Shown in pieces: positions 24,767 through 35,730 of a stretch of 64,000 nt of DNA (positions within the stretch are counted from its first letter, which is position 1; the number at the start of each line of letters is the position of its first letter). A model generated the notes under the pieces. That model did no database searches. It was not told the origin of the DNA and saw only the letters and a list, made by a program, of their open reading frames with translations. Made by a program: the position numbers and the translations under genes. The stretch spans positions 172,794,001 through 172,858,000 of the forward strand of contig NC_042998.1 of NCBI RefSeq assembly GCF_006345805.1, in the 5' to 3' direction. This stretch comes from Octopus sinensis. Its lineage: Eukaryota.

Positions 24767-24997
24767 ATGGCGGCGAGATGGAAGAAACGTTAGCACGCCG
24801 GGCGAAATGCTTACCGGTATTTCGACGGCCGCTACATTCTGAGTTCAAATTCCGCCGAGGTCGACTTTGCCTTTCATCCTTTCAGGGTGGATAAATTAAG
24901 TACCAGTTGCGCACTGGGGTCGATGTATTCGACTTGATCCCTTTGTCTGTCCTTGTTTGTCCCCTCTATGTTCAGCCCCTTGTGGGCAATAAAGAAG
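24767..24997 (+). mobile_element. Well-preserved SINE family A
   Basis: GGCGGCGAGATGGAAGAAACGTTAGCACGCCGGGCG..GAGTTCAAATTCC..GCCTTTCATCCTTTCAGGG..AGCCCCTTGTGGGCAATAAAG. Confidence 0.9.
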
Positions 24998-25261
24998 TAA
25001 CTGAAGATTCCTGAACATATGGAACTACAACAACGAACAATTTGGAGCGACTACGATGACAACAACTTCAAAGGCAAGGATTACGATGTCGATGATAGTG
25101 AAAAATTTCGAACTTTCGAACTCACTATGAGAATTTTTGTTATAATAAATCCGTCGCTTATGGTATTGAATAAATATATATGTTACAGCTTGTACTCATT
25201 GTACTAATTCGCTCGCTCAAGCAGTTATGTTAGAGTAAATATATGGTCGTCTTTGGTGCTG

Positions 25262-26110
25262 TAGTTTTTCCGGAAGCTGGCTTTTCCCTTGGTTGTTGTT
25301 CGTCGAGAGGACGTGACAACCTGTTCATAATTATCTTTGTAAACAACTTGTACACGTGAGACAGCAGGCATATGGGTCAGTAGTTCTTTAGATCTTCTCT
25401 ATCACCCTTCTTATATAGCAGAATAGTATTTGACTCTTTCCACTGCGAGAGAATTATTCCCTCGTTTGTGAATCGCTCAGCGAGGATTTTCCAGAGCTGT
25501 TCTCTACCTGACTTTAACACATCAGATGTTATACCGTCTTTCCCTGGCGCCTTTCTGTTTTTCATCAGGCCGATGGCTCTTTCAGCCTCACTGACAAGGA
25601 AGTGAATATGTGCCGAGATATCGAAAGGGAGATCTCACGGAGAGTAAGGGCCGGATGGAAGGCATTTAATGGCATAAGGGATGTGCTCAAGGGAAGTTGG
25701 ATAGAACCACCTGCGCCAACCTCATCAATAGCACAGTTCTACCTGCAATGTTATATGGAAGTGAAGCATGGGCTACAACAAAGAGAGAAGAACAGAGGTT
25801 GGTAACGGTTCAAAGAGCCATGGAGAGGTCAATGCTTGGAATCTCGTTGAGAGAGCACATCAGCAGCGAGGTCATCAGAGTGAAGCCCGGCGTGAGGGAT
25901 GTCTTCGTAGAATATACACGAAGCAAGTTTAGCTGGGCTGGACACGTCGCCTGGCTCACCGTTAATCAATGGACCCGCGCAAGCAGAAACGACCACTGGG
26001 AAGGCCTCCACGACGGTGGAGTTACGATTCCAGGAGGGCGATTAGGATCACGTGGATGAGAGAGGCGAGATCGAGATCCGGAGAGGAATGGACAGCGTGC
26101 TGTGATCAGC
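25262..26110 (+). mobile_element. RTE-clade LINE fragment with an inverted 5' segment
   Basis: Plus strand 25599-26110: EISRRVRAGWKAF..VLPAMLYGSEAW..QRAMERSMLG..WAGHV (RT C-terminus). Minus strand 25262-25598: [55 protein letters not shown] (RT N-terminus). Confidence 0.85.
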
Positions 26111-26257
26111 GGTGTCAAATGGATACCCGACGGACTGGTCAGTGAAGGTGATATATGTTACAGGGAAATACTTTGTTCTCCAGTCCATTTATATGAGAGC
26201 TCACGAAGCTAGTTTGTTTGGACATAGAATGAACTCTTTGCATTCTTCGCTTTTTTT

Positions 26258-26490
26258 ATTCTTCTATTTGTTTCAGTCAATTGACTGCGGCTATGCTGGA
26301 GCACCGCCTTTAGTCGAGCAAATCGACCACAGGACTTATTCTTTGTAAGCCCAGTACTTATTCTATCAGTCTCTCTTGCCGAACCGCTAGGTGACGGGAA
26401 GTTAAACATACCAGTATCGGTTGTCAAGCGATGTTGGAGGAACAAACACAGACACAAAAACATATACATAAACACACACACACACACACA

Positions 26491-26522
<32 letters not shown>

Positions 26523-26688
26523 CGACAGGCTTCTGTCAGTTTCCGTCTACCAAATCCACTCACAAGTCTTTGATCGACTCGAGGCTATAGTAGAAGACAC
26601 TTGCTCAAGGTGCCATGCAGTGGGACTGAACCCAGAACCACGTGGTTGGTAAGCAAGCTATTTACCACACTGCCACTCCTGCGCTTAT
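26258..26688 (-). mobile_element. Composite SINE family B, complete
   Basis: Reverse complement of the 8615-9046 structure, including the internal (CA)/(TA) tract. Confidence 0.9.
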
Positions 26689-28671
26689 AGTGTTTTCATA
26701 AATTTTATCCAAAACACCAATTCTTATTTTCAAACTTTTTGTTAGTCCTTATTTGTTAGTCCATTCTATAAAATGAAAAGCGTTCCGTTCATATGACACG
26801 TTACTCTGGTGGTCGAAGAATATTGGGAATGTGTATCGTATATGATGCCTCGACGCCAGGAAAATAAACATGACACGTAAAGAACTTTAAAAAACAATTT
26901 TTTTAGCATAGAGCATGTAATAACTTTCTTGAATATTCACGCCGTATTTTCTTAAACAGATAAAGATAACACATTGGATAATGTAATGTTTTATGCACGA
27001 AATGGTCACAAATGAAATTTCTTGAATCAGTGGACTGTCAACTCATCAGGCTTCGTATATCGGATTTCATTATAAACAACAAGAGACTGTCAAAATTAAA
27101 GTAATAGTGAACATCTAGAACTACTCATTATAACTAGTATATAACTCAATAACTACTTCAAGAATGACACTACAGTTAACTTCTTCCGATTTTAGAAAAC
27201 ACGGCTTCAAAACTACTCTTTACCTACGTCAATAACCGAGAAATGTTCCCCAACAAATGAGACAAATATAATGAGTGAAATATCAATCAAGTTTACAGTT
27301 TTTCTTCAGGTAACGGAGAAATCGCTACCAAGTCCTCTGACCTGCGAGAAATAACAGCCGAATCTACCTTATATCATAACATAAAAATCGAATGACAAGT
27401 GGAAAAAACGAGTGCGCCAGGGCTGGAATACATTACATAGATTAGCATGATTAAAGGTAATTAGCTGTTTTCAATAACAAAAACAATCATCTATCGTATT
27501 AGCATTATCACCCAAAAACATTAAACACAACTTAGAACCCACACGCATTCATGCGTATGTATATTCTCATGCACGTACACATTCGCACATAGAAGACAAA
27601 GATACTATGACTTACAAAAGAATACGATTGCGATATACACACATCGCACATAACTAACATTAACAAAGAAAATAAATGTGCATGCACTTTAAAAAACGTT
27701 CACAGTCACGACGTTTGATTAACGCAAAAAAAAACCATATTATGTGAAAATAATTGGATCCAGTATGGTTTTTATTATTTCAGACTCGAACCCCAAATGT
27801 ATATAACACAATCGGCCTCATCACAAAATACATCACATACATATGTTTACAAAGAAAAAGCATCAAAATAATTAGTTTCTTTGACAATAACAGTGTAACG
27901 TTTTAATAAAATTTCCAGCATACACAACCACAAATAGTACACACAGAACTGAAAATGTCATAGCTGTCACTCATAAACTTGGTAGCATATTCTAAGCTGT
28001 GGCGAATTGCTTTTGGTTTTTTATGTAGTCACCAGCAGATATAGACATCCTTACACTCTTTCACACCTCGAACTAGTGGAATACCGGGCATATTTCAGCT
28101 GGAGGGAGAAAGAACTGCATTATTACCAGGCGGGTAATTTCCGGCTGAGTTGAACATAGGAACGTGAAATGATAAACTTGCTCGGTCTAGGAATCAACTG
28201 ACCGACCTTATGATCGAGACTCCAACATTGAAATGAGTCGGCCTTCTGTCTTTAATTAAATCGGTTATTTCAATGCAACCATAAGGCATATAGTGAATAA
28301 GTTTACATCGCATCCTCTGCATAACATGGAAAAATTGACGAACTTCTAACACAGAGATTCTAAACGCCAAAATCTTGAATGAAAGTTTGACTTTAAAGCT
28401 TAACCAACGCGAATAGGGAAAGATTATAACGTTGAAAAAAATAATATTTGAATGATTTACAGCTTAATCGAACTTTTCTACAGCGTTCCGACTCAGGCGA
28501 GATAAAAATAAAGGCATATACACATAAGTCATATCGCCGTCAATGACCGATTCTATCTTCCGGGCAAACATTAGCTCTGTGGGCGACTTGCCTGAACAGG
28601 TGTTCGGTTTATATCTTACACTGTTACACTTTTATGTGTTACCTGCTCGGCTCTCTCACTCAATAATAATA

Positions 28672-28674
28672 ATA

Positions 28675-28706
<32 letters not shown>

Positions 28707-28761
28707 AATGATGATGATGATGATGATGATGATAATAATAATAATAATGATGATGATGATG

Positions 28762-28798
<37 letters not shown>
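28672..28798. repeat. Compound (ATG)n/(ATA)n microsatellite
   Basis: Read directly from the sequence. Confidence 0.95.
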
Positions 28799-28821
28799 GG
28801 TCAATAGGCCAGGTATAGTTG

Positions 28822-29166
28822 TCAGAGATCATAAAGAAAACAAATGCTTTCTAATTGATGTATCAATACATAGACCTGGAAACAGGTAACTCGAATGTGG
28901 AATCTAAAAACAGAAACAATTCCTATTATAGTAGGCGCATTAGGTATGATAAAAAATATTTAGACAAATACATAACAAAAACACCAGGACTTACAAACAC
29001 ATATAACATATGGAAAATTGCACTATTGGGCACTGCGCACATCCTACGAAAAGGCGCTTTCAATACAGCAACCATCACAGGGAACCACAGCACATACCCC
29101 AGGCACACAGAGCTGCGCTCGGTAGTGAAGTGAAAGCACGCTATAAAAATAAAACAACAGATGATG

Positions 29167-29228
<62 letters not shown>
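28822..29228 (+). mobile_element. R4/Dong-type LINE 3' end with (TAA)n tail
   Basis: KCFLIDVSI..RMWNLKTETIPIIVGALGMIK..KIALLGTAHILRK, then a short UTR and (AAT)n. Confidence 0.8.
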
Positions 29229-29254
29229 TTAAAAAAATAATGGTAATAATAATA

Positions 29255-29872
29255 AATTCCCTGACGCAGTACCTATTCCCTGATGTAGTACTAAATGCCC
29301 TGATGCAGTACCAGAATACCAGGCAGTGGCTCGCGTGGCTTCTGATCCTAGCTGATTGGAAGTGTTATCATGTACATTGTTTTATCTTGGTATAAAAGAT
29401 GGGCTACAGCAAATATTCTGTTCAATACCACATATTTGCTTGTCAGTTGTTTGACCTTAACCAATTGAGCAAGCCCCTCAGTGCTTGACGATATGTGCAG
29501 CTCTAATCACGAGCAGAAGTAGTGGGGGAGCATCATAGCTATGTGATGAGAGAGATTCTTTGGGGTTTGAATAATTCACCTCTGGAAACATGGGTGTTTT
29601 GTTCAACGTCCTTAAACAAGCCTCATTCAGAGACCTTTTGAGCGGGATGGGTTGTTCGACCAGAAGAAAATTGTAACTGGGCCCCACCTGCAAGGTCATG
29701 TGCTGTTTATCTTGATATGAGATCACCATGTCGCTCACATATGGTTGTGATGCATGTGCCTGGTGTACCCTTATCGGACGGGTGGTCATGATTGGTGTGC
29801 TGGGCTTCGTGTATTTTACCCCAGTGTCACTGTGATGGCACGCCCTGCTCTCTCACTCAATAGTAACAATAA
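29255..29872 (+). mobile_element. Non-coding interspersed repeat, probably a LINE 3' UTR/SINE, preceded by three ccctga(t/c)g(c/t)agtac repeats
   Basis: Ends in ctctctcactcaat+(AAT)-like tail, as does the fragment ending at ~28670; no ORF. Confidence 0.5.
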
Positions 29873-30252
29873 TATATGTATGTGTATGCACGTGTATGTA
29901 TGTGTGTATGTATGTGCGTATGTGTATCTGTGCTTGGGTGAGTTTCTGTACGTTAGTCTATTGTGTGCATGTAGCAATATATATTCTCTTCATTAATTCG
30001 GAATATGTATTCCTATTAATTATGAAATACTTGACATTTTACCGATTCTTTTAATCGCAGTGTTCTAAAAAAAAAAACCAAAACCCAATAACAACATCGT
30101 CATCAATAACAACAACAATAACAAAAACAACAACAAAGAATAATTCTTTTTATGTATTCAGTTTCACTTTCATATTTGCTAATTTAATCAAGTAAGCCTC
30201 TCAAATTCTAGAATAACACATCTGACCTTGCTCTTACCAGGAATCAATATTC

Positions 30253-30287
<35 letters not shown>

Positions 30288-30386
30288 ATATTATATATAT
30301 ATATATATAATATATATATATACTGCCACGCTTTTTGATGGAATCCTTTTCTGTAGAGAAAGGGACTTCATCCTATATTGTTTATA

Positions 30387-30445
<59 letters not shown>

Positions 30446-30544
30446 GGGGTAAGCATATAAATATGAAACAAGGTGGAAAAGGAGTACTCAAATACCAGAG
30501 GTAGAGTAATATGCTTTATTTAAAAGCAGCAGAAATATAACAAA

Positions 30545-31609
30545 ATTCTAGCTTTAGATTGTGTAGAATATAGAATATAAGCTCCTATGAGCACACATAA
30601 ATCAGCCCTGTCGTATGCCCTCATCGGTACATCGAAAAGAGAATCCTCACTCTTCTTGACCCAGGTGGAATTCTCGTAAAAAAGAAGTGATTTCCTCGCA
30701 TGTATGATATCTATTTCCGAGTTGTCGATGTTGGCATACTGCTTAGCAGTATTTTATTAACCAACACAACAGTAGGATAATTGCTAATAATCATAGTGCC
30801 GATTCTCTTCTTAAAAATTGCAATTACAAAGATGGGGCCTCCTGTCCGTTAGAAGGTAAATGTCTGGAGAAAGGAATTATGTATAGAGCCGAGGTGCAGA
30901 TACAAGGCTCACGCGAATATAGAACTTATACAGGGGTTTCTGAAAATGCTTTTACAACCCGATATAAATTCGCATAAAAATTCCTTTTCCTTTACTTTTT
31001 CTTTCGTCCTCTCTGCGTTTTAAAATTTACTTCTCGTCTATATGTATACACCAAGTGATTTCTGCATGCGAGCATGATTGCGTACATATGTATACATATG
31101 TATATGTGTATTTGTGTGTATATTTACGTCTTAAATGTATATGTCTGTATATGTATGTAGTTTGTGTACATCCATCTGTGTATGTTGATGTATATATCTA
31201 TATTGATAGTCTAGTATGCGTATATACTGTTGCAAAATATTTACATAATGCAGTGTGAAAATTTTAATTTTAATGTATTAATTATAATAATTGAAGTATA
31301 TTTCGCATATAATTATTTGCAATATGTATTTTGAATCCACACTTCCATTTAAGGTTTTCATCGATTTTTATAATATGATGAATTTATATTAAATTCATAT
31401 ATTTTGTTTATTTTGTTCATTGCATGCTTAAGACCGTTAATTAAAAAGACCAATGATAAAATCCATTTTTAAAGGTGTATCCTTTAACTAGTTTTGATCA
31501 TATCGCTATTTCTGCTATTTTAACGAAACTGTCCGACGAACGGGAATGTGAAACTGTGAGTAACAGCTTTTGTTATATCTCTGATGCTTTTAGATTTAAG
31601 AATATATAT

Positions 31610-31610
<1 letters not shown>
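30545..31610 (+). mobile_element. Penelope-like element 3' fragment: GIY-YIG endonuclease remnant, 3' UTR, hammerhead, (TA)n end
   Basis: 30816-30977 reads NCNYKDGASCPLEGKCLEKGIMYRAEV..YRTYTGVSENAFTTRY (Penelope CxC..CPL.GKC..IY..YIG pattern). Hammerhead at 31529-31566. Confidence 0.75.
31529..31566 (+). ncRNA. Minimal type I hammerhead ribozyme-like motif (U4C variant)
   Basis: ctgt-CCGACGA-ac(gggaat)gt-GAAA-ct(gtg)ag-TA-acag: helix I ctgt/acag, 2-bp helix II, helix III act/agt, GUA triplet. Confidence 0.55.
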
Positions 31611-31674
<64 letters not shown>

Positions 31675-31695
31675 AATATATATATATATATATAA

Positions 31696-31821
31696 TAGTA
31701 AAAAGGGAAAGAACTACAGAAGGCTTAAAGGTTAAAAAATATATATTTGAGTCAATATGTCAATATGTCAATATTTTTTTTAACATTTAAGCCTTCTGTA
31801 GTTTTTTCACTTTTTACTATT
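31696..31821. repeat. Imperfect ~46-bp inverted repeat between (TA)n tracts
   Basis: aatagtaaaaagggaaagaactacagaaggcttaaaggttaaaaaa / ttttttaacatttaagccttctgtagttttttcactttttactatt. Confidence 0.8.
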
Positions 31822-31860
31822 TTCTATATATTCAACCACGTGCTTTCACAAACCAACTTT

Positions 31861-31893
<33 letters not shown>

Positions 31894-32078
31894 TAAGCAA
31901 TAAAGGGTTTAGCAACGAATTGCCTTACCACATACCGAATTTAGAAATAGCAGTCAAAGGGTTATAGCTATTTCTTCTACTAAAAAGGGAGATCTCAGTA
32001 AAAACAGCAATTGGAAGGCAGACACAAACAGGTAAGAGAGAATGAATTGACGGCAATCTATCATACATTTTTAAGTTA

Positions 32079-32185
32079 TCTACGGACGTACGTTTCGAAA
32101 TCAAGTTTTTAGGAAAGCATAAGAATTAAATATTAAATATTAAATAATTCTATCTTACCGAAACTTCTTTTCTCTTCAGCGTAGA
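32079..32185 (-). ncRNA. Type I hammerhead ribozyme, array copy 1 (intact core)
   Basis: tctacg-CTGAAGA-gaaa..(long arm)..tttc-GAAA-c-gtac-g-TC-cgtaga: 6-bp helix I, full CUGANGA/GAAA core, GUC cleavage triplet. Confidence 0.85.
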
Positions 32186-32677
32186 ATACTATAATCATAA
32201 ATGATTATATATTGAATTTTGAGATACTAGAAGGCACCAACTCAACTCAGTATCAGAGCGAGCTAGAATCCGCAACTAGTATCACCGAATTCAATTTGTG
32301 AATGAAACGATTGTGTCACCAGCCTCTTCCCACCCGCGTGTAGCCAAAACAAGATGCTGTGGTCATCTACTTGAGATAAAATATGGTTATCCGTAATAAT
32401 GAAGGGTGATTAATTAATTTGGAATAATTATCAATTACACCAAGTAGTCTTCGGCATGTAAAAGCCTCATTCGAGGAAAATTTAAGTAATACTAAGCAAT
32501 AAAGGGTTTAGCAACGAATTGCCTTACCACATACCGAATTTAGAAATAGCAGTCAAAGGGTTATAGCTATTTCTTCTACTAAAAAGGGAGATCTCAGTAA
32601 AAACAGCAATTGGAAGGCAGACACAAACAGGTAAGAGAGAATGAATTGACGGCAATCTATCATACATTTTTAAGTTA

Positions 32678-32784
32678 TCTACGGACGTACGTTTCGAAAT
32701 CAAGTTTTTAGGAAAGCATAAGAATTAAATATTAAATATTAAATAATTCTATCTTACCGAAACTTCTTTTCTCTTCAGCGTAGA
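32678..32784 (-). ncRNA. Type I hammerhead ribozyme, array copy 2 (intact core)
   Basis: Same motif as copy 1, 599 nt away. Confidence 0.85.
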
Positions 32785-33626
32785 ATACTATAATCATAAA
32801 TGATTATATATTGAATTTTGAGATACTAGAAGGCACCAACTCAACTCAGTATCAGAGCGAGCTAGAATCCGCAACTAGTATCACCGAATTCAATTTGTGA
32901 ATGAAACGATTGTGTCACCAGCCCCTTCCCACCCGCGTGTAGCCAAAACAAGATGCTGTGGTCATCTACTGAGATAAAATATGGTTATCCGTAATAATGA
33001 AGGGTGAAATTAATTAATTTGGAATAATTATCAATTACACCAAGTAGTCGTCGGCATGTAAAAGCCTCATTCGAGGAAAATTTAAGTAATACTAAGCAAT
33101 AAAGGGTTTAGCAACGAAACGTACGTCCGTAGATAACTTAAAAATGTATGATAGATTGCCGTCAATTCATTCTCTCTTACCTGTTTGTGTCTGCCTTCCA
33201 ATTGCTGTTTTTACTGAGATCTCCCTTTTTAGTAGAAGAAATAGCTATAACCCTTTGACTGCTATTTCTAAATTCGGTATGTGGTAAGGCAATTCGTTGC
33301 TAAACCCTTTATTGCTTAGTATTACTTAAATTTTCCTCGAATGAGGCTTTTACATGCCGAAGACTACTTGGTGTAATTGATAATTATTCCAAATTAATTA
33401 ATTTCACCCTTCATTATTACGGATAACCATATTTTATCTCAGTAGATGACCACAGCATCTTGTTTTGGCTACACGCGGGTGGGAAGGGGCTGGTGACACA
33501 ATCGTTTCATTCACAAATTGAATTCGGTGATACTAGTTGCGGATTCTAGCTCGCTCTGATACTGAGTTGAGTTGGTGCCTTCTAGTATCTCAAAATTCAA
33601 TATATAATCATTTATGATTATAGTAT

Positions 33627-33732
33627 TCTACGCTGAAGAGAAAAGAAGTTTCGGTAAGATAGATTATTTAATATTTAATATTTAATTCTTATGCTTTCCT
33701 AAAAACTTGATTTCGAAACGTACGTCCGTAGA
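33627..33732 (+). ncRNA. Type I hammerhead ribozyme, array copy 3 (intact core)
   Basis: tctacgCTGAAGAgaaa..tttcGAAAcgtacgTCcgtaga; predicted cleavage after 33726. Confidence 0.85.
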
Positions 33733-34219
33733 TAACTAAAAATGTATGATAGATTGCCGTCAATTCATTCTCTTACCTGTTTGCGTCTGCCTTCCAATTG
33801 CTGTTTTTACTGAGATCTCCCTTTTTAGTAGAAGAAATAGCTATAACCCTTTGACTGCTATTTCTAAATTCGGTATGTGGTAAGGCAATTCGCTGCTAAA
33901 CCCTTTATTGCTTAGTATTACTTAAATTTTCTCGAATGAGGCTTTTACATGCCGAAGACTACTTGGTGTAATTGATAATTATTCCAAATTAATTAATTCA
34001 CCCTTCATTATTACGGATACCATATTTTATCTCAGTAGATGACCACAGCATCTTGTTTTGGCTACACGCGGGTGGGAAGGGGCTGGTGACACAATCGTTT
34101 CATTCACAAATTGAATTCGGTGATACTAGTTGCGGATTCTAGCTCGCTCTGATACTGAGTTGAGTTGGTGCCTTCTAGTATCTCAAAATTCAATATGTAA
34201 TCATTTATGATTATAGTAT

Positions 34220-34322
34220 TCTACGTGAAGAGAAAAGAAGTTTCGGTAAGATAGAATTATTTAATATTATATTTAATTCTTATGCTTCCTAAAAACTTGA
34301 TTTCGAAACGTACGTCTGTAGA
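34220..34322 (+). ncRNA. Hammerhead, array copy 4 (degenerate: C3 missing, one helix I substitution)
   Basis: tctacgTGAAGA.. and ..TCtgtaga; the defects may be consensus errors. Confidence 0.6.
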
Positions 34323-34809
34323 TAACTTAAAAATGTATGATAGATTGCCGTCAATTCATTCTCTCTTACCTGTTTGTGTCTGCCTTCCAATTGCTGTTTT
34401 TACTGAGATCTCCCTTTTTAGTAGAAGAAATAGCTATAACCCTTTGACTGCTATTTCTAAATTCGGTATGTGGTAAGGCAATTCGTTGCTAACCCTTTAT
34501 TGCTTAGTATTACTTAAATTTTCTCGAATGAGGCTTTTACATGCCGAAGACTACTTGGTGTAATTGATAATTATTCCAAATTAATTAATTTCACCCTTCA
34601 TTATTACGGATAACCATATTTTATCTCAGTAGATGACCACAGCATCTTGTTTTGGCACAGCGGGTGGGAAGGGGCTGTTTGACACAATCGTTTCATTCAC
34701 AAATTGATTCGGTGATACTAGTTGCGGATTCTAGCTCGCTCTGATACTGAGTTGAGTGGTGCTTCTAGTATCTCAAAATTCAATATATAATCATTTATGA
34801 TTATAGTAT

Positions 34810-34912
34810 TCTACGCTGAAGAGAAAAGAAGTTTCGGTAAGATAGAATTATTAATATAATATTTAATTCTTATGCTTCCTAAAAACTTGATTTCGAAACG
34901 TACGTCCGTAGA
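34810..34912 (+). ncRNA. Type I hammerhead ribozyme, array copy 5 (intact core)
   Basis: Same motif; predicted cleavage after 34906. Confidence 0.85.
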
Positions 34913-35194
34913 TAACTTAAAAATGTATGATAGATTGCCGTCATTCATTCTCTCTTACCTGTTTGTGTCTGCCTTCCAATTGCTGTTTTTACTGAGATCT
35001 CCCTTTTTAGTAGAAGAAATAGCTATAACCCTTTGACTGCTATTTCTAAATTCGGTATGTGGTAGGCAATCGTTGCTAAACCCTTTATTGCTTAGTATTA
35101 CTTAAATTTTCCTCGAATGAGGCTTTTACATGCCGAAGACTACTTGGTGTAATTGATAATTATTCCAAATTAATTAATTTCACCCTTCATTATT

Positions 35195-35235
<41 letters not shown>

Positions 35236-35256
<21 letters not shown>

Positions 35257-35410
35257 GGGAGAGTTACGAAAAAAAACAAAAGACGAAGACAGGTGGTGTA
35301 CAAAACAAACAGATGTATTAGTATACGCTCAGGAATAGAAAAAGTCTTTTACGTTTCGAGCCTACGCTCTTCTACAGAAAGGGACACGGAATAAACAAGG
35401 AGAGAAACAA
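35236..35410 (-). mobile_element. (TA)n-anchored short element, family H, with hammerhead-like motif (35345-35381)
   Basis: Minus strand cttt-CTGTAGAA-GAGC-gtag-GCTC-GAAA-CGT-A-AAAG. Confidence 0.65.
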
Positions 35411-35569
35411 GGAGAGAATATATATATATATATACGATTTCTAGAATATGTTTACTTTTCGAAGTCTCTTCAGTGATTCTTCTAGTTTTAATCCTGTATT
35501 CCGCTTTTGCTTTACGTTTCTTATATTTACAGGCATATATATCCTTTTCGGGTTATAACTCAACCCTTA

Positions 35570-35730
35570 CTGGGGGTGTTAAAAACTTTCTGGCTTTAAG
35601 CATATCGCGAAGCGCCTAGTTAGAGGCCCAACCTTCCGCGTTCTTTTAAATAGCTTAGAATAACTGAGGGACTTCTGCAATAAGTGTGTGAATCTGAGAG
35701 CTGAATATGTTAAATAAAATCATAATTTAA
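35570..35730. mobile_element. Mariner-derived MITE fragment (same family as 2888-3074)
   Basis: tactgggggtgttaaaaactttctggctttaag..aggcccaaccttcc..gtgaatctgagagctgaatatgttaaataa. Confidence 0.6.

Larger units (their letters stand above)
31892..35200. repeat. Tandem and head-to-head inverted array of ~599-bp hammerhead-bearing units (retrozyme-like / Penelope pLTR-derived)
   Basis: Units start at 31892, 32491 and 33091. Orientation flips at 33115-33118. Inverted units start at 33321, 33917, 34509 and 35097 (partial). Flanked by (TA)n on both sides; no conserved ORF. Confidence 0.95.

Noticed and set aside
27293-27370. Possible minus-strand terminal exon VDSAVISRRSEDLVAISPLPEEKL*
   Set aside because: Weak acceptor, no clear polyadenylation signal, and that frame does not match the phase-1 donor at 43138.
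34282-34476. 64-aa ORF within the hammerhead array
   Set aside because: It is open only in copy 4 because of single-base deletions and is not reported in the other units.
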